Source of the DNA: Paramoeba atlantica
Taxonomy: Eukaryota; Protista; Discosea
Length of the DNA stretch: 26,343 bases
Direction of reading: 5' to 3'
NCBI GenBank assembly: GCA_977017575.1
Contig: CDRNVI010000110.1
Coordinates: forward strand, 1 to 26,343
The notes beneath the pieces are model-generated. The model searched no databases, was not told the origin of the DNA, and saw only the letters and a list, made by a program, of their open reading frames with translations. The translations under genes and the position numbers were made by a program. The first letter of the stretch is position 1. Each line of letters opens with the position of its first letter. This document shows, piece by piece, positions 9,479 through 17,896 of this stretch.

Positions 9479-12400
9479 CTACGGGCGCCGTAGGCTCTCA
9501 ATATAAGTACCGATGGAGGGCAGTGGTGTCAATTCTTCAGCGCTGGATTTTCTCGTGAAGGGATCTGATATTTGGGCGTTGGTAGGTACCCACTTTACTT
9601 CCAGGTTAGTGTTTGATGGGATGTACTGCATCCACCTATTGGCAGTGAAGTTAGTGCTTGCCCGCCTCTGGAGGGCCATGGCCACAGGCGCGTTGTCGAC
9701 GTTCAATAGAATGTCCCGATGTCCTTTTCTGACTGCTGCCATAATTCCACCAAGAGCCGCACTCAGCTCTGAGTAGAATATATGGGCTCCGGGCTTTGTC
9801 ATGCCCTGTTTTGCAGTTTCGAGAATGCCTTGATTGAACAACAGAATAGCCCATGCGATTGAACTGGCATCAGTCCAAACTTCCACCTTTTCTTCTTTGG
9901 GTATATGACCTATCTTTTTTAACCAAACATTTCGCTTGAGTGCGGAAAATGCATCAGTCAGTTCGCCTAACAGGTGGTCGGTCGGAGAGAAGGAGATCTC
10001 CCAAGACTTTTCGTCGTGCACTTTTCTGGCAACTTTTCCTAGTGTTTGAAGAAGGTGTGCAAAAGTGCATAGTGGGATTTTCATAACCGTGGCCCTCCAC
10101 ATTAGTAAACCAGAAAGCGTATACAGTTCCACAGCTGTCCACGTCCCATTCCCGATTATGTCATTGTATCTTGAATACGCCTTTTCAGTCCACTTTTCTG
10201 ACATGCGGTACTTCTTATTTTTTAGATCAAATTCAATACCAAGTACGCACGCTTCCTGTAGTGGCTTCATGGTGAGATCATCTACTTCTAGTTGAACTGC
10301 GTGGACTCGGGCGCGAAATTCTTTTGCATGGTTTTCTACTTCTGACTTGGATTTTCCGAACAAAAGAAAATTGTCTACCCAGGCCAATCCAATGTCCCGG
10401 ACAATGCGATTTGAAACTCGCTGTGCAATAGCCGGGGCCCATGACCATCCCATGGGCATGGAAGAAAATTGAATACTGCATGTTTCTCCTCTAGCGTGAC
10501 CTAAAACCGCTCCAAAGTAGGATCGGATCTCGGGAGCGAGGGAAAATTGGTAAAAGTAACTCCGTGCGTCCGCGTGAGCCATCCATTCCGAATCTAGCAG
10601 ATTTTCAATCACGTTATGTATGGATGGTAGGTGCATTGCGGGGGGGCATTCGAAAACTCGGTTGAGTTTCCTACAATCGCAGATTAGACGAAGTGTGGAG
10701 TCTTTCTTCGGAACTGTAAAGGTACGATGTACTACTATCGGTCCTTCGGTCTTCTCTACAACCCCCATGCGTAATAAGTCTGGTAAATGATGTCTCATAA
10801 ATCGAGACACTGGTCGATTGCCTTTAGGTGCACGCAGCATGTGCGCGTGAAAGGCGTTGACGTTCTGTAGTAGATGTAAAAAGTCTAGGCTGCCATCGTC
10901 ATTCATATTGTTCAGTATAGAATATGACAGTCTTGTGGTTGTGATAGGAGCAATTATTCCCTGATTTTTGTACGCTCGCACGCTCGGTGGTCGGGTGAGC
11001 TGCCCGCGAGACATAGACTGATTGTTTGTGTCTTCAATTTTCTTCGTTGCAATGTTAGCAATGTCCGTTGAATTATGCACGTAGATAGGTTCGGGATTCG
11101 GTTCGCCTATAATGTTATCGCTGTCTAGCGTGATCTTACCGATGTGCAAGGGGAACCTACCTTGTAATTGACGTTTTAGTATGTAAACAGCTGATTTAGT
11201 TTTCTTGTCATGTCCTTTGGTGTTTTCTGGGTTCACAGTAATTTTGTCGCGTCCTGTAGCCCTAGGGACAAGGCCACTTCCAGTCGAGGGAGATATATCC
11301 ACAATGTCTCCAGATCTTTGTGCTTGGCCAACAGCTGTATTACCGACAGTGGAACTCCCTTTCTGAGGAGTGATACTAGAGCCCCTCTTTTTACAGAATG
11401 TGCCGACAACTCTGCTTTCACCCGCTTCAGCACGGCATTGGCTCTCAGCGTCGTTAAAGTCGTGAACTTGTCTTCTGGCTTCAGCTTGTCCAATTGGTCC
11501 ATGAAGATTTTCCACTCCGTCAAGTTGCAAGTCATTGGAATAGCAGTCCCTACTCTGAAGGGATCCCCTTTGTGAGTCGGAAACGTTACTCCCAGTATTC
11601 TCCGCTCGAGATCTACCACTTGTAAATCTAATTTCCTCAGATGTTTGACATCGTCTATTCTGCTGCATGTCTTCCACGCCAAGGTCAGGCCCGCGGCTTC
11701 GTCCGGAAGCAGCCATTCGCACGCCTCCAATACTTGTTCGCGTGTAGCCGGGGGCGCCTGATGCTCCGGTATTTGAGCCCCTTGACGCTGAAGGGATCGC
11801 ATGTAGGCTGTTACTGTCGACTTTTGCAATTGACCCCCAGATCGGAATATGATTTGTATCAGACTCTTTGCATACGTATGTGCGGTTTGGATGCTGATGG
11901 TACCCCGTTGAGTTTGCGGATTGATTAGTCTCATTTTCGACTCCAAGAAGCATATTATGCACCAATCTTCGCTTGGAACGTCGTTTCCGAGATTTTCCTT
12001 CCAAACTGTATACTGTTTGTACACGCTGGAAAGGTGATTCCAGCGCGAGTTGGATTTCTCTTCTAATAGACGATCCTGGCCTAGAACGATCATTTGTTGA
12101 ACGTCGACTGTAGGAATCGCGGCTCTTGTTTCTCTGTTGCCTTCCACGCGGTCGAGGAAGAGGTCTTCGATCTCCAGTAAGTTCTTTGCTCTTGATCTTG
12201 TTACTATCCCTGTAACAGCCCTGTTGCTCGTGGAAGGTTGCTTGTACTGAGTACTTCGGACATGACTGGTAGTGCCGGCGCCGGTTGTGGTTTCCGTTTG
12301 ATTTCCGTATGTTTCGTTTCCCTCTTCTTGATATTGATTTTTTATGCCCCTTAATAAATATATTTCCAGAATATTCTTCACTGTAAAGATTATTGCCCCT

Positions 12401-12607
12401 AATGTCGATAGTTCTATTATATTGCCCCTTATATAATCTATTGTTTCTTGGACTAAATTTCTGTTGAATTCTTCGAGTCAGAATTTTTTCCCTTGCGGTT
12501 TTGTCATCGGGCCCGCGTTTCGCCCTGTTCGGTCGTTTTTTGTATCCATGGCTTTGATCATTGCAGGTAGAATTTTTCCCCGCAGTCCCCCGGTCGTTTT
12601 TGCTTCT
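9479..12607 (-). CDS. V1 reverse transcriptase-RNase H; frame open from 12607, first ATG 11953
   Basis: RT: FTVPKKDSTLRLICDCRKLN, HADARSYFYQF, MPMGWSWAP, WVDN. RNase H: WTDAS, YSEL, VDN, ISDPFTR. I checked codon by codon that 12005-12607 contains no stop. Confidence 0.9.
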   Translation of the reverse strand, partial: RSKNDRGTAGKNSTCNDQSHGYKKRPNRAKRGPDDKTAREKILTRRIQQKFSPRNNRLYKGQYNRTIDIRGNNLYSEEYSGNIFIKGHKKSISRRGKRNIRKSNGNHNRRRHYQSCPKYSVQATFHEQQGCYRDSNKIKSKELTGDRRPLPRPRGRQQRNKSRDSYSRRSTNDRSRPGSSIRREIQLALESPFQRVQTVYSLEGKSRKRRSKRRLVHNMLLGVENETNQSANSTGYHQHPNRTYVCKESDTNHIPIWGSIAKVDSNSLHAIPSASRGSNTGASGAPGYTRTSIGGVRMAASGRSRGPDLGVEDMQQNRRCQTSEEIRFTSGRSRAENTGSNVSDSQRGSLQSRDCYSNDLQLDGVENLHGPIGQAEARRQVHDFNDAESQCRAEAGESRVVGTFCKKRGSSITPQKGSSTVGNTAVGQAQRSGDIVDISPSTGSGLVPRATGRDKITVNPENTKGHDKKTKSAVYILKRQLQGRFPLHIGKITLDSDNIIGEPNPEPIYVHNSTDIANIATKKIEDTNNQSMSRGQLTRPPSVRAYKNQGIIAPITTTRLSYSILNNMNDDGSLDFLHLLQNVNAFHAHMLRAPKGNRPVSRFMRHHLPDLLRMGVVEKTEGPIVVHRTFTVPKKDSTLRLICDCRKLNRVFECPPAMHLPSIHNVIENLLDSEWMAHADARSYFYQFSLAPEIRSYFGAVLGHARGETCSIQFSSMPMGWSWAPAIAQRVSNRIVRDIGLAWVDNFLLFGKSKSEVENHAKEFRARVHAVQLEVDDLTMKPLQEACVLGIEFDLKNKKYRMSEKWTEKAYSRYNDIIGNGTWTAVELYTLSGLLMWRATVMKIPLCTFAHLLQTLGKVARKVHDEKSWEISFSPTDHLLGELTDAFSALKRNVWLKKIGHIPKEEKVEVWTDASSIAWAILLFNQGILETAKQGMTKPGAHIFYSELSAALGGIMAAVRKGHRDILLNVDNAPVAMALQRRASTNFTANRWMQYIPSNTNLEVKWVPTNAQISDPFTRKSSAEELTPLPSIGTYIESLRRP
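11233..12477 (-). CDS. V1 tyrosine recombinase
   Basis: Catalytic set R (KTCSRIDD), K (THKGD), H-x-x-R (AHSVKRG), H (AKHKD) and Y (LWIYL). The frame begins directly after the gag TGA; first ATG 12093. Confidence 0.92.
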   Translation of the reverse strand, partial: LEEFNRNLVQETIDYIRGNIIELSTLGAIIFTVKNILEIYLLRGIKNQYQEEGNETYGNQTETTTGAGTTSHVRSTQYKQPSTSNRAVTGIVTRSRAKNLLEIEDLFLDRVEGNRETRAAIPTVDVQQMIVLGQDRLLEEKSNSRWNHLSSVYKQYTVWKENLGNDVPSEDWCIICFLESKMRLINPQTQRGTISIQTAHTYAKSLIQIIFRSGGQLQKSTVTAYMRSLQRQGAQIPEHQAPPATREQVLEACEWLLPDEAAGLTLAWKTCSRIDDVKHLRKLDLQVVDLERRILGVTFPTHKGDPFRVGTAIPMTCNLTEWKIFMDQLDKLKPEDKFTTLTTLRANAVLKRVKAELSAHSVKRGALVSLLRKGVPLSVIQLLAKHKDLETLWIYLPRLEVALSLGLQDATKLL

Positions 12608-13233
12608 TCAAGAGCCTGTGCGAAGACGCGGCAGTCCCCATGCTGAACGCGAACTTTGTAAGCAACCAACGCCGCCAATATGTTGTCCCCGACCGCCATG
12701 TTCCCGTCTGATTTCCATACAAGTCCCATTTTCATTGAGTTTCGCACCCAAGCCAAAAATGCTAGCAACAAATCGTTCTTCCGATGCTCGTCTTGGTGAT
12801 AGCGTGGGGCATTGCGTTCGGCAGCTCCAATACCAAAGTAGCGACGCAAATGAGCGTCCAATTCCACAAAACTACGATCTCGCGTCTCCGAGGGTGCCTC
12901 GATGAACATCGCGTACGTAGATAATTCAAGCGGTTCGAACGTTCCAGTCTCTCGGCCTTCAACACGCTCCATCGCAGCGGAGTAAGGGTCAGTGGCGAGT
13001 TTCTCCACCCCATGTAATCGAGCATTCGTCGGAGGAAACGTAAGCTCGCCAAATTTCGCATAGTCCACCAACATAGTTGTTTTCTCTTCGCCAATCTTCT
13101 TCACCACTCCCTTCCACATTTCTCCACGTGGCACTTTGTCTGAGGACCATAAAACCGCGATAGTGACGCCAACCTGACTCTCGGCCACAAACCGTCCAAT
13201 GCGAGAGTCAGATAGTGGGGGGAGGTCATTCAT
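12478..13233 (-). CDS. V1 Gag-like ORF1 (251 aa)
   Basis: First ORF of the element. It is similar to the V2 ORF1 (N-terminal beta module, then FEPLELSTY versus IFPLTWKSY). No CCHC knuckle is seen. Confidence 0.75.
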   Translation of the reverse strand: MNDLPPLSDSRIGRFVAESQVGVTIAVLWSSDKVPRGEMWKGVVKKIGEEKTTMLVDYAKFGELTFPPTNARLHGVEKLATDPYSAAMERVEGRETGTFEPLELSTYAMFIEAPSETRDRSFVELDAHLRRYFGIGAAERNAPRYHQDEHRKNDLLLAFLAWVRNSMKMGLVWKSDGNMAVGDNILAALVAYKVRVQHGDCRVFAQALEEAKTTGGLRGKILPAMIKAMDTKNDRTGRNAGPMTKPQGKKF

Positions 13234-13485
13234 TGTGCGTTTTTTTTGCTTTGAAAATACGGCTAGGATTACAATGAGCTACACATAATTATCCATCGTT
13301 TACTTCCATACATGTATGAATACGGTGCATTAAAACGATTTCACATTTTTACATGTATTACTCAAAGAGTTCCTGCAATACTAAATATTATAAATAAATG
13401 TTATAAATAAAATAATACGGGCATTTTCTAAAATTTTCATCATGGGCTGAAAAAGGACTACATGTTTTCGTACGTCCCACTTGGG

Positions 13486-15910
13486 GATTAGCATCCCACA
13501 CGGCGAACATTACCGAGGAAGAACGACTTGTACAAGAAGTAGACAAACGATCAATTCGAAATGCATTGCAAGCAGCAAAGGCAGGAAATCTTGGAAAAGC
13601 TACCCGCATACTCGACAATGTTTACAAGGACTCTGCTCTTCCACTCTGGGAAAAGGTTGACAAACTTCGAGATCTACACCCCAAAGGCCCTACACCTCAA
13701 ACTTCTGATCGAGACTTCCCGCGAATTGCGATATTGGAACCTTCTGAACTTCGTCTAGCGACTGAAAAATTGTCAAAAGGTGCAGCTCCTGGCCCGACAG
13801 GTCTGAGTGAAAGCATGATGCGAATTTTAGTGGAGGACGAAGAATCCTGCCTTTCACTCTGCCACATGCTGAGAGACGTCATAAATGGGGAAGTTGCGAA
13901 AAGTGTCCGAGTAAGATTAACACGATGCAGAATGATAGCCCTTGCAAAACCGAACAATGGAATACGACCGGTTGCAATGGGGGAAACGCTGCTAAAAATT
14001 TGCGGTTGTATCCTCCTTGAGCGCCATGCGAACTCCTTGTCAGACATATTCCAACCGATCCAAAGAGGCATATTACAAAAGAATGCATGTGAGTCCATTG
14101 TACATGAACTTTTGGAAGAGCATGAAGCTGGAGCCACAATTTTGACGATTGATTTCAAGAATGCATACAATACGCCACAACGTACGGCAATAGAAGAAGC
14201 GCTCCTTCAATACCCGGTATTCAAACACTTTATGCGAATGTTCTATTTTGAATATGGTCAACCATCGGAACTTTTATTTTTCGCCAACGACTCATTACAT
14301 TCCGTGATCGAAAGCTCGTCTGGGGTCCGTCAAGGATCAGCACTCTCTTCGGTTTATTTTTGCGCACTGCTACAAGGTCCTTTGAAAGAAATTGCGAAGC
14401 TCTATCCAGAGGTTACTATCAGAGCCTACCAGGACGATGTGACGATGAGCTCCAAAAATGAGTCGTCTTTGGAAGTTGCGTTCCTTCACCTCAAAGAACT
14501 AGCAAGTGGTCTGAATCTTGAAATTAATTCCCGTAAATGCGAAGTATTCCAAGGCAACAGTTCAACGAATAATCGAGGGATGGATCTCAAGGAACTTGGG
14601 GTGGAAGACTGTGTGGATTCCATCAAGGTCCTAGGAGCATACATCGGGCATAATAAAGCCGTTGAACGAAAGCTCTTGGAGAAGTTAGGGAAACATAAAT
14701 GTTTATTTCGAAGACTTCGCGCTATGGGTCCCAGCAACTTGTCACTAGCGATTCTCAAGCGATGTACCATACCCCGTCATGATTACCACCTTCGAGTCCA
14801 CAAACCTGGAGCTTCGTTTCTTCTTGCCCAGGTGTTCGACGAGGAAATCCATGAAATCTTAAAGAAATGGTGTGGTGCAGATAGTGAAGCACTTAAACTC
14901 TCTGCCCTCCCATGTAAAATGGGAGGTCTAGGAATCACCTCAACCGTTCTAAAGCAACGCTACTTTTTCGAAGCGTCCCTAAAATCTATTGATGAGCGAT
15001 CGAAACCCATTAATGCTCCGGTAGATAAGGGAGGCAAGAAACAAGCCGACAGGACACGAACGAATTCACAAGCTGCACGCACCCAGCTAAGAAAGAGCAT
15101 GAAGAATGAACACGAGAAGACAGCAGCAGAATTGAATGCAATACCGAGATTCCAAAATATCATAAAGCGAACGAAGGAGGCGAACAATCACTTAGATTCA
15201 ACGTGCAACTACGTAAATCCATATCTTTTTCGTTACACTCTAATGATGCGCCTAGGAATTGCTCTAAGTAATGTGTCAGGCGAGATTACATGCCCTGGAT
15301 GTGGAACAATCGAAACATCAAGCAAAATCATTCACGATGTGCTGGCATGAATTGCACGAGAAAACATTCTCATTTGGTACGCTATATTGCCGAAATGTGC
15401 TCCAAAGCTGGTCTTCCATGTGCGATCGAACCTCGTATTCATGCGTCCTTTTTTTGCACCAAATGCAAGTGCTCAATTTCCCCAGAAGCGGCGGAATACC
15501 ATCCTTGCCGAGCGCGTCGAATTAGATCTGGCCCAGACCTAGCGATTATGTGGCCAGATGTTGGAGAAATTTTATACGACGTTACCGTGGTACATACGTG
15601 CTGCAGCAGCTATGCAAAGCAGAGCAGCAATGCCCTGCTGCAGAGTGCGGAAGAGCGGAAGATAGCAAAATATGTCAAAGAAAAAGGTCTTGATCCAGAA
15701 TGCTTTCGCTGCATAGCTGTGACAGATTGTGGAGTACTACATGAAGAGACAAAGGTTTTGCTGAAAACATTGGCGAAAAGAAATGATGTTGATTACAAGA
15801 TTGTACGAGAAGCTTTTCAACTTGAACTGGAAAAATATTCAGCCTATGCAGTCGCTCAATTGCGCCAATATATAGAAACCGAGAAATGGGTAGGAGGACT
15901 CCGTCTTTAA
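13486..15910 (+). pseudogene. CRE-4, 3' part: RT plus RLE, with a small frameshifting deletion near 15331
   Basis: KLRDLHP, GAAPGPTG, IRPVAMGE, DFKNAYN, GVRQGS and YQDD are present. About 6 codons of the zinc knuckle (PHVAGC in CRE-3) are missing at the junction of ORFs 13566-15350 and 15290-15910. GPDL..YDVTVVH follows. Confidence 0.93.
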
Positions 15911-15934
15911 ACACTCCTCTGAATATTACATTTT

Positions 15935-16205
15935 CGCTGCTTTTAACATTTCGTTAATAATGTTTCGTTGCTTTCAGCCTTTGGTGATTAATAATGTTTC
16001 GTTACTTTCAGCCTTTGGTGATTACTGTTTCGCTGCTTGGTTAGGTTTCAGCCTTTGGTTATTTTTGTTTTGCTGCTTGGTGATTATTGTTCCGCAGCTT
16101 TCAGCTCTTGGTTGTTACTGTTTCGCTGCTTTGGGTTATCACCGTTTCGCTGCTTTGAGTCGTCACTTTTTCGCTGCTTTCAGCATTCGGCTATTACTGT
16201 TTTGC
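15935..16205 (+). repeat. Degenerate minisatellite in the CRE-4 3' region (core GTTTCGCTGCTTT / TTTCAGCCTTTGGTGATTA)
   Basis: The cores recur about ten times with variable spacing. Confidence 0.8.
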
Positions 16206-16368
16206 TTTTTTGAGTAACATGTGAATAAATAAAGGAACGGAAAACACGTGAAACTATTATTTTTTAGTATACAGCAGCATTGTATACTGCCATTGTATAC
16301 TACAACAAGACGTTAAAGTCGTGAAAGAAGCCTTCCAACGCGTCCGTATTACGGACCCGAAAGGCTTC

Positions 16369-16454
16369 TTTATTACCCCCTTTTTGTTTATTACCCCCTT
16401 TTTGTTTATTACCCCCTTTTTGTTTATTACCCCCTTTTTGTTTATTACCCCCTT
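16369..16454. repeat. 18-bp tandem repeat TTTATTACCCCCTTTTTG x4.8
   Basis: Four perfect units at 16369-16440 plus a partial unit. The minus strand has five G5 runs. Confidence 0.95.
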
Positions 16455-17425
16455 GTTGTTTGCGCATCCGGCGCAGGGTCCGCCAATTGGGCTAAAGAAG
16501 GCAGTGTATTTGATATCAAGGTTGCAATTGGTTTCATGGTCTGAATCACGGTGCTAGCTGTAGGAAACGTGAATCGAGAGCCGGTCGGTCGACGAATGCG
16601 AATGTGTGAATTGGTTTGTTTCGATGCTTCAATGGCTTTTTTATCTTTCGCTTCTTTCCGTTCCTCAGCTCGTCCTTCGTTCCGTTCGTTCATAGGATGC
16701 GACGGAGATTGCGATCCAGGTGAAATGCAAGATTCTGATGAGGGTGGCGGCGTCGATGAAGATGTCGGGGATTTCGAAGATGGGGAATTCCGTGGTGGCG
16801 GCAAAGGAGTCTTTTGTGGAGGGAAAACGAAAGCCCTCTTTTTCTGCAGGGTCGCTCGCAACCGCTCGGAGTGCTGTGTGTTTGTCGGTTGCGGTAGCGG
16901 TAACGGGACCGGTAGCTCTTGCGACGAAGATGCTTGGGGCGGAAACGGTCGCGGTTGCGGCGGAGATGGTTGCGGCGTAGACGGGGACGGTTGTGGCGTA
17001 GACGGTCGCGGCGGGGACGGTTGAGGTTGCCGCTGCGGAGGCGGTTGCGATCGCTTCGCAGAACTTTGCGACGGGGGCGATCGCGGCGGTGCTGGCGATT
17101 CCGACGTTTGCGCTTGCGGTGCTGTCGGAGACGATCGCGGTTGCGACGGAGACTTTTGCGACGGAGGCAATAGTTGTGATCGCGGCAATGTTGTCGCAGA
17201 CGGGCCCTCAGGAGATTTCTTGTGCCGATCGCTCGGCAGCGACTGCGGTGACGGCGGCGGCGGCGCCGAAAGTTCAAGCGGCGGCGGTCCAGTTGCTCGC
17301 GATTCAGACGGTGCCGGCCGAGGCCGTTCCTCCGTAGGTTTCTTCCTGCGGCGGGTCGTTGGCAGAGGCTGGACAACTGGAGCTACTCCAGTATCTTTCG
17401 CTCGGCTCCGAGTGAACATGCCCAT
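16445..17425 (-). CDS. Pro/Ser/Gln-rich low-complexity ORF (326 aa from ATG 17425), function unknown
   Basis: Long open frame preceded by a T-rich leader and an SL-like sequence. Low complexity weakens the ORF-length evidence. Confidence 0.5.
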   Translation of the reverse strand: MGMFTRSRAKDTGVAPVVQPLPTTRRRKKPTEERPRPAPSESRATGPPPLELSAPPPPSPQSLPSDRHKKSPEGPSATTLPRSQLLPPSQKSPSQPRSSPTAPQAQTSESPAPPRSPPSQSSAKRSQPPPQRQPQPSPPRPSTPQPSPSTPQPSPPQPRPFPPQASSSQELPVPLPLPQPTNTQHSERLRATLQKKRAFVFPPQKTPLPPPRNSPSSKSPTSSSTPPPSSESCISPGSQSPSHPMNERNEGRAEERKEAKDKKAIEASKQTNSHIRIRRPTGSRFTFPTASTVIQTMKPIATLISNTLPSLAQLADPAPDAQTTRG

Positions 17426-17465
17426 CACAAAAAGAGTAAGAGTACAAAAAATAAAAAACAAAAAG

Positions 17466-17489
17466 CAACAAGGTACAGAAACTGTATCA
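17466..17489 (-). other. Spliced-leader-like sequence TGATACAGTTTCTGTACCTTGTTG
   Basis: The first 17 nt match nt 16-32 of the trypanosomatid SL exon as I recall it (AACTAACGCTATTATTGATACAGTTTCTGTACTATATTG). No GT donor follows. Confidence 0.75.
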
Positions 17490-17696
17490 CTGTAAGATCA
17501 CTATCGCATGCTAACATATATAACATGCCTATAGTTCGGCATATGATATTACATTCGCCCTTGTCAGGGCCTTCCGCTTACACTGGCACTGCATGCAGCT
17601 TGACATGACGCATTCGCACAATGGCTGACACCAATTTTCGGAGGAGAACCAAGAACGGTACCCATGCGAAATCGTACGAGTGCTGGAAAAAAAGGC

Positions 17697-17845
17697 ACAG
17701 AGCAGAAAAGGGATTTAGATGCTCAATGGGCCATAATTTTGTTGCGCTCAAAGTGATTTCTGACGGATTCCTCGGCTCCACGTAAATCTTGGACAGCAGT
17801 TTTGAAGATTGGAACAGAGCAGAAAAGGGATTTCGGCGCTCAATG
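17697..17845 (+). repeat. Two 32-bp direct repeats ACAGAGCAGAAAAGGGATTT-N4-GCTCAATG (17697-17728, 17814-17845)
   Basis: Direct reading. A weaker relative lies at about 22950-22980. Confidence 0.8.
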
Positions 17846-17896
17846 AACCAATCTTCTGATCTACCGACCTTGATTTCCGTTGCCAAAATCAGCGTC

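Larger units (their letters stand above)
9286..13485 (-). mobile_element. V1: 4200-bp VIPER-like tyrosine-recombinase retrotransposon (gag-YR-RT/RH) inserted in CRE-4
   Basis: TGGG occurs at 9282-9285 and 13482-13485. Removing exactly 4200 bp restores the CRE-4 frame (RRGRREW/GLASHTANITEEERLVQEVDKRSIRNA) with the same spacing as in CRE-3. Confidence 0.9.

Noticed and set aside
16369-16454. CRISPR array or telomeric repeat
   Set aside because: There are no spacers, the context is eukaryotic, the location is interstitial, and the unit is unlike TTAGGG.
16551-17376. Overlapping Gly-rich and Arg-rich ORFs (16551-17024, 16690-17376 and others)
   Set aside because: These are expected by-products of a GC-rich repetitive Pro/Ser ORF.
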